64,000 bases of DNA from Acidimicrobiales bacterium. GTDB taxonomy: Bacteria > Actinomycetota > Acidimicrobiia > Acidimicrobiales > Bog-793. Location: positions 3,281 through 67,280 of the forward strand of contig JBKQSP010000125.1 of NCBI GenBank assembly GCA_052143575.1, in the 5' to 3' direction. A program made the position numbers and the translations under genes. A model generated the notes under the pieces. That model was not told the DNA's origin. It did no database searches and saw only the letters and a list, made by a program, of their open reading frames with translations. Of this stretch, positions 28,367 through 37,703 are shown piece after piece; positions within the stretch are counted from its first letter, which is position 1; the number at the start of each line of letters is the position of its first letter.

Positions 28367-30286
28367 TCAAGGGCTCGGTCCCACGGAGCCGGGAAGGCAA
28401 TAGTAGACGGCGATGTCCAGGGCCGACGACGGCGGCCCCGCTCCCTTCCGGTCCCCAACGTCGAAGCAGTGATGGGCGATCCACACGAGCCGCGGGTCGG
28501 TTGTCGTCGGGGACTGCAGGACGAGGTGGAAGTCGTTGTCCTCGATCATCGACTGCAGCCTGGACAGCGACGGCTCCGGCACCGTCCCGGTGAAGCCTCC
28601 GATGGGAAGGACCTCGAGGCCGCTGTGGTAGATGAACGTCGCCGCCAGGACCGATGTCTGAACGGCCATCAGGTAGGTGGCACCGTTGCGCGCCTCCTCC
28701 AGGGTCGGCAGCGTGGCGGCCGCCGCTGCAGGCGTCGCGATGAAGAACTGCCGGATGTAGTTCGTCACGACCGGTTGTTGGAACGGGGTGTCGAAGGGAC
28801 CGAGCCGCTCTGCGACGACTGACGCCGTCGCAACGGTGGGAGCCATCCCGATGGCGACAAGGGCGGTCACGAACGCACCGAGGTGCAACGGTGTGCTCGC
28901 AGCCCTCCGGCCGGACAGCACGACCGAGCATGCGGCGAGCAACCCGAGGGAGATCACGGCCGGCTTCAACCACGCCGGCAGCCCGGTGGCGGAATCGGGC
29001 AGCACCCAGAGGGCATAGCCCACGGTGGCGAGCACGGCACCGGCCACCGTCAGGCGGGCTGGCAGCCCCCGTCTCTGCCGCCACGCCAGCACGACTCCCG
29101 TGGCGAGGAGGCCGCCGACGGCGGGCGTGAGGGCGGCCGTGTAGTACGGGTTGATCGTCGAGGTGAGGCTGAACACGACGAAGAAGGCCACGAGCCAACC
29201 TCCCCACAGCAGGAGGCTGGCGCGCAGCAGGTCGGTCCGAGGCTCCTTTCGGCGCGCCAGGAGGCCCGCCACGAGAACGACGAGCGACGCCGGGAGCAGC
29301 CATCCCGTGTCGAGGCCGAGGCTGCCCGTGAGCAAGCGGTTCCAGGCGGCGGGTGGCGACGTACCGTTGCCGATCTCGAGGCCGATCGACTTCGTGAGGA
29401 TCTGGTCGGGCGACTGCTCATCGACCCGACCGAATCCGTTGTAGACGAATACCTGCCCGAAGATGGAGTTGTCGTGGCTTCCGTCGACATACGGCCGGTG
29501 CGTCGCCGGCGTCGCGCTCACTGCCGTCATCCAGCTCAGCGACACGACGATCGTCACGACACCCAAAGCCCCCACACCGAGGCATCGACGCCTCCAGCTG
29601 CTCGGAGCGGCGACGACGTAGACGAGGGCAAGGGCGGGCAGCACGAGCCAGGCCTCGAGCATCTTTGCCTGAAAAGCGAGGCCGACCCACACACCTGCCA
29701 GCAGCACGCTGCGAAAGCGGTCCTCGATGACGGCCGTCACCATCGAATCGGCAGCCAGCGCCACCAGCAGGATCATGAGGGTGTCGGAGATGTTGCCGCG
29801 GTTGAGGGTCGCCACCGCCGGCGACGCCACGAAGATGGCCGCCGCCACGATGCCGGCGACGGGTCCTGCCAGGCGCCTGAGGGCGTGGAAGCTCACGAGC
29901 ACGGTGAGCACGCCCTCCACCGCCTGTGGGAGCACGAGGGCCCAGGCACGCACGCCGAACAACCGGACGGAGAGAGCCTGCACCCAAAACGCCCCAGGGA
30001 GCTTGTCCAGCGTCACCGTCCCAGCCGGATCGAAGGAGGCGAAGAAGAAGTTGTGCCAGCTCATCGACATGCTGCGTACGGCGGCGGCGTAATAGATCTC
30101 GAGGTAGTTGCCGGCGCCTCGGGCGTAGACGAGGGCGGCAACGGCGGCGAGCGCCAACACTGCCGCCCGCGCCCAGGCCGGCTCGTCCCTCGGCAGCAGC
30201 CGGCGTCCCCAGCGGTGCTGCCCGCGCGCCACCGAGTCGTCAGCGAGGTCGGCCTCGGCGGCGACGGTGGATCGCTCCTCGGTCAC
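28367..30286 (-). CDS. GT39/ArnT-like membrane glycosyltransferase (PMT_2 type)
   Basis: 639 aa and polytopic. N-terminal YYAAAVRSMSMSWHNFFFASFDPAGTVTLDKLPGAFWVQALSVRLFG is typical of family 39 glycosyltransferases. Confidence 0.8.
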   Translation of the reverse strand: MTEERSTVAAEADLADDSVARGQHRWGRRLLPRDEPAWARAAVLALAAVAALVYARGAGNYLEIYYAAAVRSMSMSWHNFFFASFDPAGTVTLDKLPGAFWVQALSVRLFGVRAWALVLPQAVEGVLTVLVSFHALRRLAGPVAGIVAAAIFVASPAVATLNRGNISDTLMILLVALAADSMVTAVIEDRFRSVLLAGVWVGLAFQAKMLEAWLVLPALALVYVVAAPSSWRRRCLGVGALGVVTIVVSLSWMTAVSATPATHRPYVDGSHDNSIFGQVFVYNGFGRVDEQSPDQILTKSIGLEIGNGTSPPAAWNRLLTGSLGLDTGWLLPASLVVLVAGLLARRKEPRTDLLRASLLLWGGWLVAFFVVFSLTSTINPYYTAALTPAVGGLLATGVVLAWRQRRGLPARLTVAGAVLATVGYALWVLPDSATGLPAWLKPAVISLGLLAACSVVLSGRRAASTPLHLGAFVTALVAIGMAPTVATASVVAERLGPFDTPFQQPVVTNYIRQFFIATPAAAAATLPTLEEARNGATYLMAVQTSVLAATFIYHSGLEVLPIGGFTGTVPEPSLSRLQSMIEDNDFHLVLQSPTTTDPRLVWIAHHCFDVGDRKGAGPPSSALDIAVYYCLPGSVGPSP

Positions 30287-30735
30287 GAGGCGTCGCCTCC
30301 TCGGCCGCCCCCAAGGCCTGGGCGAAGGCCTCTCCCGATGGACACGAGCGCCCGAAGCGTGGCCCGAGTCGTTGCCAGCTCGTGGCTCTCGACGCGCCCT
30401 GCAACGAGTTGGTCAACGGTGGCGATGGCTTGGCGGGCCTCTTCGGTGGCGGCGCCCCCCCGCTCCGTCAACAGGAGGATCACCCGCCGGCGGTCCGCCG
30501 CATCCGATGTCCGGGTCACGTAGCCGCGTTGCACGAGGACGTCGGCGAGCCGGCCGACGGCCTGTTTCGACATCGCCAACCTCGCGGCGAGCTCCTGCAC
30601 GCTCGAGCCGCCCCTCGTCAGGGCTCCGACGATCCGGTAGCCCGTCGGAGGGACATCTCCGAAGCCGGCGCCGGCGAGAGCTTCCTGAATGGCAACGAGG
30701 TACGTGCGCTGCGCCGCACTCATGAGGGTCGGCAT
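30283..30735 (-). CDS. MarR-family transcriptional regulator
   Basis: wHTH VQELAARLAMSKQAVGRLADVLVQRGYVTRTSDAADRRRVILLLTERG. Its stop overlaps the GT39 start by 4 nt. Start is ATG 30735 (upstream GTG or TTG alternatives exist). Confidence 0.85.
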   Translation of the reverse strand: MPTLMSAAQRTYLVAIQEALAGAGFGDVPPTGYRIVGALTRGGSSVQELAARLAMSKQAVGRLADVLVQRGYVTRTSDAADRRRVILLLTERGGAATEEARQAIATVDQLVAGRVESHELATTRATLRALVSIGRGLRPGLGGGRGGDAS

Positions 30736-30799
30736 CGAGACGTCGTCGCCGGGCACGGTTGCGCTCACGCCGGCAGAATAAAGAACAACAGTATGTACA

Positions 30800-30814
30800 G
30801 TCAAGCTGCTTGAC
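30800..30814. promoter_or_regulatory. palindrome GTCAAGC-t-GCTTGAC, candidate MarR operator
   Basis: Perfect 7-bp arms, 65 nt upstream of the marR ATG, next to an AT-rich stretch (gaataaagaacaacagtatgtaca). Confidence 0.45.
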
Positions 30815-30911
30815 TACGGGCCAAGCCGAACCCTCCACCTCGGCCGCCCGAGACAATGTGCCGTTTGCCTCTACTGCCTGCAGCCCCGTCATCCCAGGAT
30901 GGGATTGGACG

Positions 30912-30980
30912 GCTCGGAGACTTGGGCAGCTCGGAGATTCGGGCCGCTCGGAGACTCGGGGCAGCCCGGAGACTCGGGAC
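30912..30980. repeat. four tandem 17-18 bp direct repeats (GCTCGGAGAYTCGGG-NN)
   Basis: gctcggagacttgggca / gctcggagattcgggcc / gctcggagactcggggca / gcccggagactcgggac, between marR and the DUF2505 gene. Confidence 0.9.
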
Positions 30981-31017
30981 GGCAACCGCTCGCCCCGCAG
31001 GCAGCGGAGGTGGCGTG

Positions 31018-31548
31018 ATGGAACTCAATGGTTCGCACACCTACGACGCTTCGGTCGACGCAGTGCTGACCATGCTTGGCGACGCCGATGTCACCGTTGC
31101 CAAGTACGAGAGCATGCAGCACCGGGACGTGAAGGTTCTCGAATGTGAGAGGAAGGGCGGTTCTCTTCGAGTCGTCTCCTCGCGGGTTGTCGACGTCGAC
31201 CTGCCCGGCTTTGCGAAGCGGGTTCTCAAGCCGACGAACACGATGCGCCAGAGCGACGAGTGGACGCGGGTCCACGACGACCTCTGGGAGGGCACCTTCG
31301 ACGTCGAAGTGCAAGGTGCCCCCATTCACATCTCCGGCACGATGAAGCTGACTCCCCGCGGCGGCGAGACGATCCACGACGTCAAGCTCCGCGTCGACGT
31401 CAAGGTGCCGATCATCGGTGGTCGCATCGCGGACTGGGCAGGCAAGGGAGATGTCCGGCGCAGCCTGGACGGCGAGTTCAGTTTCAACGACGGCTGGCTT
31501 CGGGCGCACCCACGGCCGGCTCCCCGCAAGGCGTCCCGGCGCGCCTGA
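31018..31548 (+). CDS. DUF2505/SRPBCC-like protein
   Basis: MELNGSHTYDASVDAVLTMLGDADV...VDVKVPIIGGRIADW matches the pattern of DUF2505 lipid-binding-fold proteins. Confidence 0.7.
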   Translation: MELNGSHTYDASVDAVLTMLGDADVTVAKYESMQHRDVKVLECERKGGSLRVVSSRVVDVDLPGFAKRVLKPTNTMRQSDEWTRVHDDLWEGTFDVEVQGAPIHISGTMKLTPRGGETIHDVKLRVDVKVPIIGGRIADWAGKGDVRRSLDGEFSFNDGWLRAHPRPAPRKASRRA

Positions 31549-31726
31549 CGGGGGCTGCGCGGGCACCCCTGAGCGGGGGCATGACGCCGGCTCCAGACCC
31601 GGACGCCGCCTGTCGGCGCCGGCGGCGGTGAATTGTGACGTTCGCCTCTTCCCCAACCATCTGACCGAGCAGAGGCTGGCCTTACGCGCGCGGCGTCAGG
31701 CGGCGCGTTGGGCAACGGAGGCAGAC

Positions 31727-33142
31727 ATGGACGTCTTCATGCGGGACAGCGATGCCTTCTCCTGGTACATGGAGAGGGACCCAATTCTCCGGTCGACCGT
31801 CGTCGCCGTCGCTTGGCTGGACCGCAGCCCCGACTGGCCTGTCTTCAGCGAGAAGCTCGATCAGGCGACTCGGTTGATCCCGATGTTCCGCCAACGGGTG
31901 TTACAGCCCCCCGGGCGGCTCTCGACCCCTCGGTGGACCTTCGACGACGGCTTCGACATGAGCTGGCACCTTCGCAGAATCGAGGCTCCGGCCCCCCATA
32001 CGCCGGACACGGTCATCGAGTTCGCTCGCCAGGCGGCGATGACCGCCTTCGACCGCGCCCGACCCCTCTGGGAGTTCACGCTGATCGAGCACCTCGAAGG
32101 CGGGCGCGCCGCCCTCGTCATGAAACTTCACCACTCGCTCACCGACGGCCTCGGCGGCATGCAGCTCGCCCTGTTGCTCTTCGACACCGAGCGCGAGCCC
32201 GTTCGGACGTCCTCGATGCCGGTGGCACCGGTTGGAGAGCGGCTGGACACACCGAGCCTCGTGCGTGAGAGCCTCACCGCCAGCGTGGCGCGGGCGACCG
32301 GGGTCGCCAGCGAGTGGGCATGGTCGGCGCTCCCCTCAGCGGTGCGGGCCGTCACTCAACCGCTTCGCAGCGCCGGCTCGTTGCTCGACGCCGCCCGTTC
32401 CATCGGCCGAACCGTGGCGCCGGTCCGCGAGACGCTCTCGCCGATCATGAAAGACCGCGGGCTCGGGCGCCACCTCGCCGTCGTCGAGGTCGGCCTTGCC
32501 GACCTGAAGCGATCGGCCGCCACGGCGGGCGGGACGATCAACGACGGCTTCATGGCGGCCATCGCCGGCGGCATGCGCCGCTACCACGAGCGCCACGGCA
32601 CCACGGTCGACACCCTGCGCGTGACGCTGCCGATCAGCATCCGGACTGCGAACGACCCGATGGGCGGCAACCGGATCACCCTCATCCGCTTCCCCGTGCC
32701 GGTGGGCGACGCCGACCCGGCCTCCCGCATCCCGGACATGGGACGCTTGTGCCGTGCGGCTCGCGACGAGCGGTCGCTCGCTTACACCAACGCCATCGCC
32801 GGCGCTCTCAACTTGCTGCCGCAGGCCGTCGTCGGCGGCATGCTGAAGCACGTCGACTTCCTGGCGAGCGACGTGCCCGGCTTCGCCTTCCCCGTGTACC
32901 TGGCGGGCGCCCAGATGGAGCGCTACACGCCCTTCGGCCCGACCATCGGGGCCTCCGTCAACCTGACCCTTTTGTCCTATGACGGCACCTGCTACATCGG
33001 GGTCACGATCGACACCGCCGCCGTGCCCGACCACGAAGTCCTCTTGGAGTGCCTGCGGGAGGGCTTCGACGAGGTGCTCGTCCTCGGCGGGAAGCACGAA
33101 CCGGTGCGGCTGCCGTTGCACGACACGCCCAAGGCCGCCTGA
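31727..33142 (+). CDS. WS/DGAT-family acyltransferase (wax ester synthase/diacylglycerol acyltransferase), copy 1
   Basis: GGAGG RBS. MDVFMRDSDAFSWYMERD. Catalytic HHSLTDGLGG. C-terminal NDGFMAAIAGG and DVPGF motifs. Confidence 0.85.
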   Translation: MDVFMRDSDAFSWYMERDPILRSTVVAVAWLDRSPDWPVFSEKLDQATRLIPMFRQRVLQPPGRLSTPRWTFDDGFDMSWHLRRIEAPAPHTPDTVIEFARQAAMTAFDRARPLWEFTLIEHLEGGRAALVMKLHHSLTDGLGGMQLALLLFDTEREPVRTSSMPVAPVGERLDTPSLVRESLTASVARATGVASEWAWSALPSAVRAVTQPLRSAGSLLDAARSIGRTVAPVRETLSPIMKDRGLGRHLAVVEVGLADLKRSAATAGGTINDGFMAAIAGGMRRYHERHGTTVDTLRVTLPISIRTANDPMGGNRITLIRFPVPVGDADPASRIPDMGRLCRAARDERSLAYTNAIAGALNLLPQAVVGGMLKHVDFLASDVPGFAFPVYLAGAQMERYTPFGPTIGASVNLTLLSYDGTCYIGVTIDTAAVPDHEVLLECLREGFDEVLVLGGKHEPVRLPLHDTPKAA

Positions 33143-33152
33143 GCGGGGAGCC

Positions 33153-34541
33153 ATGGAACGCCTCGGCCCTCTCGATGCCTCCTTCCTCTACCTCGAGGAC
33201 GGCATCACGCACATGCACATCGCCTCCTGTGCCATCTTCGAGGGCCCGGCGCCCGCCTATGAGGAGGTGGCGACGGCGATCGCCGGCAAGCTCGGCCAAG
33301 TGCCCCGCTACCGCCAGGTCGTGCACTTCGTACCGTTCGAGCTGGGCCGGCCCGTCTGGGCGGATGACCCCCATTTCAAGCTGGAGTATCACCTCCGCCA
33401 CACCGCCCTGCCGGCGCCGGGTGGCCCGGCTGAGCTACGGCTCTTGATGGGTCGGCTCATGTCGCAGGAGCTGGATCGGCGTCGCCCTCTCTGGGAGACC
33501 TGGATCCTGGAGGGGCTGGAGGATGGCCGCTGGGCGCTCGTCACCAAGATCCACCACTGCATGGCCGACGGGGTGTCGGGCACGGACCTGCTGGCGGTGG
33601 TCCTCGACGTCGAGCGCCACCCTTCGCCCGCAACCATCGAGGAGTGGCTCCCCGAAGCCGAGCCGTCCGGGCTCCGGCTCGCCGCCGAGGCTCTCGTCGG
33701 CTTGGCGAGGAGCCCCTACGAGCAGCTCCGGGCTGCCCGGCGGCTCCTGCAGGCGCCCGGCCGTGCCGTACGCCAGCTGCGGGATCTCGCCGAGGGGGTC
33801 GGCTCCTATGCTCGCCGCTTCGTTCCGACGGAGCCCACTTCGATCGTCGGCAGCATCGGGCCGAACCGCCGCTGGACCTGGGCGAGTGCCGACCTCGCCG
33901 ATCTGAAAGCAATCCGCCGCGCCCAGGGTGGCACCGTCAACGACGTCATCCTCGCCGTCATTGCCGGGGGGTTTCGCGAGCTCCTGCTCGGCCGGGGCGA
34001 ACCGGTCGAACGACTCGTCGTGCGGACGCTCGTTCCCGTCTCGATCCGTCGCGAGGACGAGCACGGCCTGTACAACAACCGCGTCTCGGCCGTCTTCGCC
34101 GACCTACCGGTCGCCATCGAGGATCCTGTCGACCGGCTGACGGCCGTCCACGAGCAGATGGAGGCGCTCAAGGCTTCCCATCAGACGCTCGCCGGCGAGA
34201 GCCTGACGGCGCTCGGCGAGCTGACGCCCTTCGTCGGCATCGCCCTCGGCGAGCGCGCCGCCATGGCGATGTTGCGCCACCTCCCGCAACACAGCGTCAA
34301 CACGGTGACCACGAACGTGCCCGGCCCGCAGTTCCCCCTCTACCTCGCCGGCAGGGAGATGGTCGAGTACCTCCCCTTCGTCCCCATCGCCCATGGCGTC
34401 CGCCTCGGCGTGGCGATCACGTCCTACAACGGCGGCGTCGCCTTCGGCATCACGGGGGACTACGACACGGCCGCCGACATCGACGTGCTCGCCCACGGCA
34501 TCGAGGACGGCATCACCCGGCTCGTCAAGCTCTGCCACTGA
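33153..34541 (+). CDS. WS/DGAT-family acyltransferase, copy 2
   Basis: MERLGPLDASFLYLEDGITHMHI. Catalytic HHCMADGVSG. VNDVILAVIAGG. TNVPGPQFPLYLAG. Confidence 0.9.
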   Translation: MERLGPLDASFLYLEDGITHMHIASCAIFEGPAPAYEEVATAIAGKLGQVPRYRQVVHFVPFELGRPVWADDPHFKLEYHLRHTALPAPGGPAELRLLMGRLMSQELDRRRPLWETWILEGLEDGRWALVTKIHHCMADGVSGTDLLAVVLDVERHPSPATIEEWLPEAEPSGLRLAAEALVGLARSPYEQLRAARRLLQAPGRAVRQLRDLAEGVGSYARRFVPTEPTSIVGSIGPNRRWTWASADLADLKAIRRAQGGTVNDVILAVIAGGFRELLLGRGEPVERLVVRTLVPVSIRREDEHGLYNNRVSAVFADLPVAIEDPVDRLTAVHEQMEALKASHQTLAGESLTALGELTPFVGIALGERAAMAMLRHLPQHSVNTVTTNVPGPQFPLYLAGREMVEYLPFVPIAHGVRLGVAITSYNGGVAFGITGDYDTAADIDVLAHGIEDGITRLVKLCH

Positions 34542-34590
34542 GGTCCCGCCCACTCGACCCGATCGACACCTTGCGATCTTTGGCGCCCTC

Positions 34591-35550
34591 TCAGACGGCC
34601 GGTGGGACGAGGGGAGCAGGCGGCTGGCGGCGGCTGAGACGGCGCCGCAAACGCCACGCCAGCGCGACGAGGGCCGCGATGACGAGGAGGGGAAAGGCCC
34701 AGCCGATCGCAAGCGCCACGGCACGGACGCCGACGGCCGTGTTGTGCCCAGCCAGCTTGAGGGCGCGCACGAGGGCGTTCGCGACCTTCGGCTTCGCCTT
34801 TGGCGCTGCCGCGGCGGCGAGAGGCTTCAAAGAAACGGTGAGCGTGGCATAGGTCGCCTGGTCGACGAGCGAGTTCTCCTGGGCGGTCAGTTGCTCGATC
34901 TCGCCTTCGACACCGAAGAGCTGATCCTGCACCTGCAAGATGGCGGGGATGGATCCGGCTCTCGAGAGCAGGTTCCGCAGCGAGCCCTCCTCGCTCTGCA
35001 GGTTGGCGAGGCTCGCCTGGATGTCGATGCTCTCGCCCGTGACGTCTTGACCGTTCTCGGACTGCGCTTCCACTTTCCCGAGGGCATCGACGCGCGTCAC
35101 GAGTGCCCCGAAGTCGCTGCTCGGCACCCGGACGACGAGCTGAGCACCCGTGCGGTCGTCAGTTGCGTTGCTCGAGGAGGAGGCGACGAAACCCCCCATC
35201 GTGGTGGCGGCGCTCGACACGAGGTCGAACGTCTGGACGATGTGGGCTTTCCCGACGCCGAGGGTCACGGCGCCGGTGCGCACGACGAGGGGTGCGCTCG
35301 GCGAGAGGGATTCGCCCACCGAGCTGGACAAGGCGGCCCCCCCGGCGGTCGTCCCCGAAGCGCTCTTGCCGCCGGGGGCGTGCACGGGTTCGCCCGGCGA
35401 CACCCCGCCGCCGGCGGCCATCGTCGTGGTCGTCATGTCGCCGGTGCCGCCGGCGCTCGGGCTGCTCGGGTTGGAGCATGCCGCCAGCGCACCACCTCCG
35501 AGGCAGGCCAGGACGAGGGCGGCGAGGGCGCTGCGACGGGCAAGTCTCAT
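34591..35550 (-). CDS. DUF4349 lipoprotein
   Basis: Lipobox LGGGALAAC. Ser/Gly/Thr-rich linker. RVPSSDFGALVTRVDALGKV...DVTGESIDIQASLANLQSEEGSLRNLL. C-terminal TM anchor. Confidence 0.8.
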   Translation of the reverse strand: MRLARRSALAALVLACLGGGALAACSNPSSPSAGGTGDMTTTTMAAGGGVSPGEPVHAPGGKSASGTTAGGAALSSSVGESLSPSAPLVVRTGAVTLGVGKAHIVQTFDLVSSAATTMGGFVASSSSNATDDRTGAQLVVRVPSSDFGALVTRVDALGKVEAQSENGQDVTGESIDIQASLANLQSEEGSLRNLLSRAGSIPAILQVQDQLFGVEGEIEQLTAQENSLVDQATYATLTVSLKPLAAAAAPKAKPKVANALVRALKLAGHNTAVGVRAVALAIGWAFPLLVIAALVALAWRLRRRLSRRQPPAPLVPPAV

Positions 35551-35571
35551 GGTGGTCGCTCCTTCGGGTGG

Positions 35572-36300
35572 GTGCTTCGCGGTGACTGCTGCAGATGCTC
35601 TGACGAAGCCAGTCGGCGCCGAGTTCCCGTCGATCGCCTCGAATTAGGCTTCGTCATCTGCGCTGACGAGCGGTCCGACGATGCGGCACGGCTGGCGGGC
35701 GCTCTCGCCGGCGACCGGGACGCCCTTTCACGGCTGCTCGCCGCTCACTACGACCGCTGCTATGCGGTGTCTCGCCGCATCCTCTCGAACGAGGAGGACG
35801 CCCTCGACGCCACCCAGGATGCGATGATCGCCATCGCTCGCGGACTGGCCCGTTTCGACGGGCGCAGCTCATTCTCGACCTGGTGCTATCGCGTGGCCAC
35901 GAACGCCGCGCTCGACGAGCTGCGCCGGCGCAAGCGCCGGCCGCTGGCGGCTTCCGACCGGCTCATGGCGGAGGCCGGCTCGGATTCGGTCCTCGCCGCG
36001 GCGACGGATCGCGTGGCCGGGCCCGTGACGGATCGCCTCCTCATGGAGCGGGCGCTCGCCCAGCTCCCCGAGGACCAGCGCGTGGCGGTCGTGCTGCGGG
36101 ACATCGCCGACCTTGACTACTCCGAGATCGTCTCCGTCCTCGGCATCCCGATCGGGACGGTTCGATCGCGCATCTTCCGGGGACGGGCGGCCCTCGCCGA
36201 GATGCTCCGCCCGCGGCGGGAGCCCGGCGACGCCGTCACGAGATCGCAACGAAACGCCACGCCTCCTGCGCCCGTCGAAACAGACGAGACAACCCCATGA
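35572..36300 (+). CDS. ECF-type sigma-70 family factor (start codon unresolved)
   Basis: Region 2 DALSRLLAAHYDRCYAVSRRILSNEEDALDATQDAMIAIARGLARFDG. Region 4 YSEIVSVLGIPIGTVRSRIFRGRAAL. The only canonical in-frame start upstream of region 2 is GTG 35572. Confidence 0.75.
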   Translation: MLRGDCCRCSDEASRRRVPVDRLELGFVICADERSDDAARLAGALAGDRDALSRLLAAHYDRCYAVSRRILSNEEDALDATQDAMIAIARGLARFDGRSSFSTWCYRVATNAALDELRRRKRRPLAASDRLMAEAGSDSVLAAATDRVAGPVTDRLLMERALAQLPEDQRVAVVLRDIADLDYSEIVSVLGIPIGTVRSRIFRGRAALAEMLRPRREPGDAVTRSQRNATPPAPVETDETTP

Positions 36301-37079
36301 CTGATCGACCGACCCCACCACCCGATGACTCTGCGTGGCACCCGGCTCCTTCCGAGCTCTGCGAGCTCGTCGACGGCGAGCTCGATCCTGCTCGCGGGCG
36401 CCAGCTGGCCGACCACGTGGCCGCCTGCGAGAGCTGCCGGGAGGAGCACGAGCGACTGTCCTTGGTGCGAAGCGTCTTGGGTCGCTTGAGCAACGCTCCG
36501 CCTGTGGGGGCGGCCGCCGGCGCCATCTCGGCAGCGCTCGGCGCTCTCGACGACACGGCTCGCCCGGCCGCCGCCACCGTCGTCGTGCTGGCGACTCGCC
36601 GGCGCTTCAGCCGCCTGGCCGGCATCGCCGCCGCCGTCGTGCTGCTGGCCGCCTTGGGTAGCGGCATCGGCTGGGAGGTGTCACGAGCGCCGACGTCGAG
36701 CTCATCGGCTCTCGGCACGACGACGACCGAGATTCTGGGCTCGGGTGGCGGCCATACGCCTGGGAAGACGGCGCAGCAGGTGATCGAGCTCAGACGGCTC
36801 GAGAATCACCTCGTTGGGCAGCTCGTGACGGACGTGACCTCGAGCGAGGTTGCACGCCTGCAGTCGTCGCCGAGCAGCGGCGGGAGCTTCAGGGCCACTC
36901 TCACCCTCGAGCCGGGCACTCCGGTCCTCGCCGCCCTGCGGGCCGAAGGGGGGCGCACGGTGGTCGCCGTCCGCGACGGCAAGGTGCTCGGCGTCGTGCA
37001 GGCCGCCGCAAACGGGATCATCGAGATCACCGGTCTCAACCGATCCGGGGCGCTCGAGCTGACGCAAACCCTCGGCTGA
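36297..37079 (+). CDS. zinc-finger (HxxxCxxC) anti-sigma factor, single TM
   Basis: ATGA overlap with the sigma gene. LCELVDGELDPARGRQLADHVAACESC. TM segment LAGIAAAVVLLAALGSGIGW. Confidence 0.75.
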   Translation: MTDRPTPPPDDSAWHPAPSELCELVDGELDPARGRQLADHVAACESCREEHERLSLVRSVLGRLSNAPPVGAAAGAISAALGALDDTARPAAATVVVLATRRRFSRLAGIAAAVVLLAALGSGIGWEVSRAPTSSSSALGTTTTEILGSGGGHTPGKTAQQVIELRRLENHLVGQLVTDVTSSEVARLQSSPSSGGSFRATLTLEPGTPVLAALRAEGGRTVVAVRDGKVLGVVQAAANGIIEITGLNRSGALELTQTLG

Positions 37080-37101
37080 GCCGGTCCGCCGGCAGCGGCG
37101 G

Positions 37102-37515
37102 TCAGGCAGAGCAGGTGCTGCAGCGCCCGAGGACGGCGAAGTGACGGGGATCGATCTGGAAGCCGTAGCGGCTCCGGGCGGCGCGGGACAGGTTGGCGAA
37201 GAGCTCCGCCGGCGCCTCGACCGTGACGCCACAGCGCTCGCAGACGAGGTGGCCGTGCGCCGAGGAGGACAGATGGTAGGTGGCAGGTCCGTGACCGAGA
37301 TGGGTGTGCACGATGACGCCGAGCCGCTCCAGCTCGTCGAGGTTGCGGTAGATGGTCGAGAGGTGGATGTCGGGTGCCCGATGCTGCACCTCGGCCGCCA
37401 GCTCCTCGGCCGTGCGGTGGCCGGGCGAGGCGAAGAGCGCGTCCAAGAGCTGCCGCCGCGCCGTCGTGACGCGCCCCCCACGGGCGCGCAGCAGCCCGAG
37501 CACGTCTTCGACCAT
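37102..37515 (-). CDS. Fur-family metalloregulator (Nur/Zur-like)
   Basis: MVEDVLGLLRARGGRVTTARRQLLDAL...STIYRNLDELERLGVI...HGHLVCERCG...GRCSTCS. Divergent from a NiCoT gene. Confidence 0.85.
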   Translation of the reverse strand: MVEDVLGLLRARGGRVTTARRQLLDALFASPGHRTAEELAAEVQHRAPDIHLSTIYRNLDELERLGVIVHTHLGHGPATYHLSSSAHGHLVCERCGVTVEAPAELFANLSRAARSRYGFQIDPRHFAVLGRCSTCSA

Positions 37516-37621
37516 CTCCGCAGGGGTTCTCGGGGCGGTGGGAGCAGGGGCGGTCACCGCTGACGAGCTTACGGCCGCTGGCGTCTCTGGCGGTGTTCTC
37601 CGTGTAGCGAGCTGTGCTCTT

Positions 37622-37638
37622 TCGCAACCAGCTCGCAA
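37622..37638. promoter_or_regulatory. TCGCAA-N5-TCGCAA, a Nur-box-like element
   Basis: ttTCGCAAccagcTCGCAAttg sits in the Fur/NiCoT divergent region and is embedded in the inverted repeat GCGAGCTG-N14-CAGCTCGC. Confidence 0.4.
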
Positions 37639-37703
37639 TTGACTAGGGTGCGAGGAGTCGGACCGGCTCACTCGCGGCGGTGCCGGGGAGGAGGGGAGGC
37701 AAG

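Noticed and set aside
22270-30980. Whether the tandem repeats at 22270-22314 and 30912-30980 are CRISPR arrays.
   Set aside because: The repeats are directly adjacent with no spacers. The units are only 15-18 bp and there are only 3-4 copies. No cas genes are present.
34393-35571. The 635-aa ORF 34393-36300 read as one giant sigma-factor protein.
   Set aside because: The first ~390 residues are antisense to the well-supported DUF4349 lipoprotein gene and the end of WS/DGAT copy 2, and they are low-complexity. Only the C-terminal ~240 residues carry sigma-70 regions 2 and 4.
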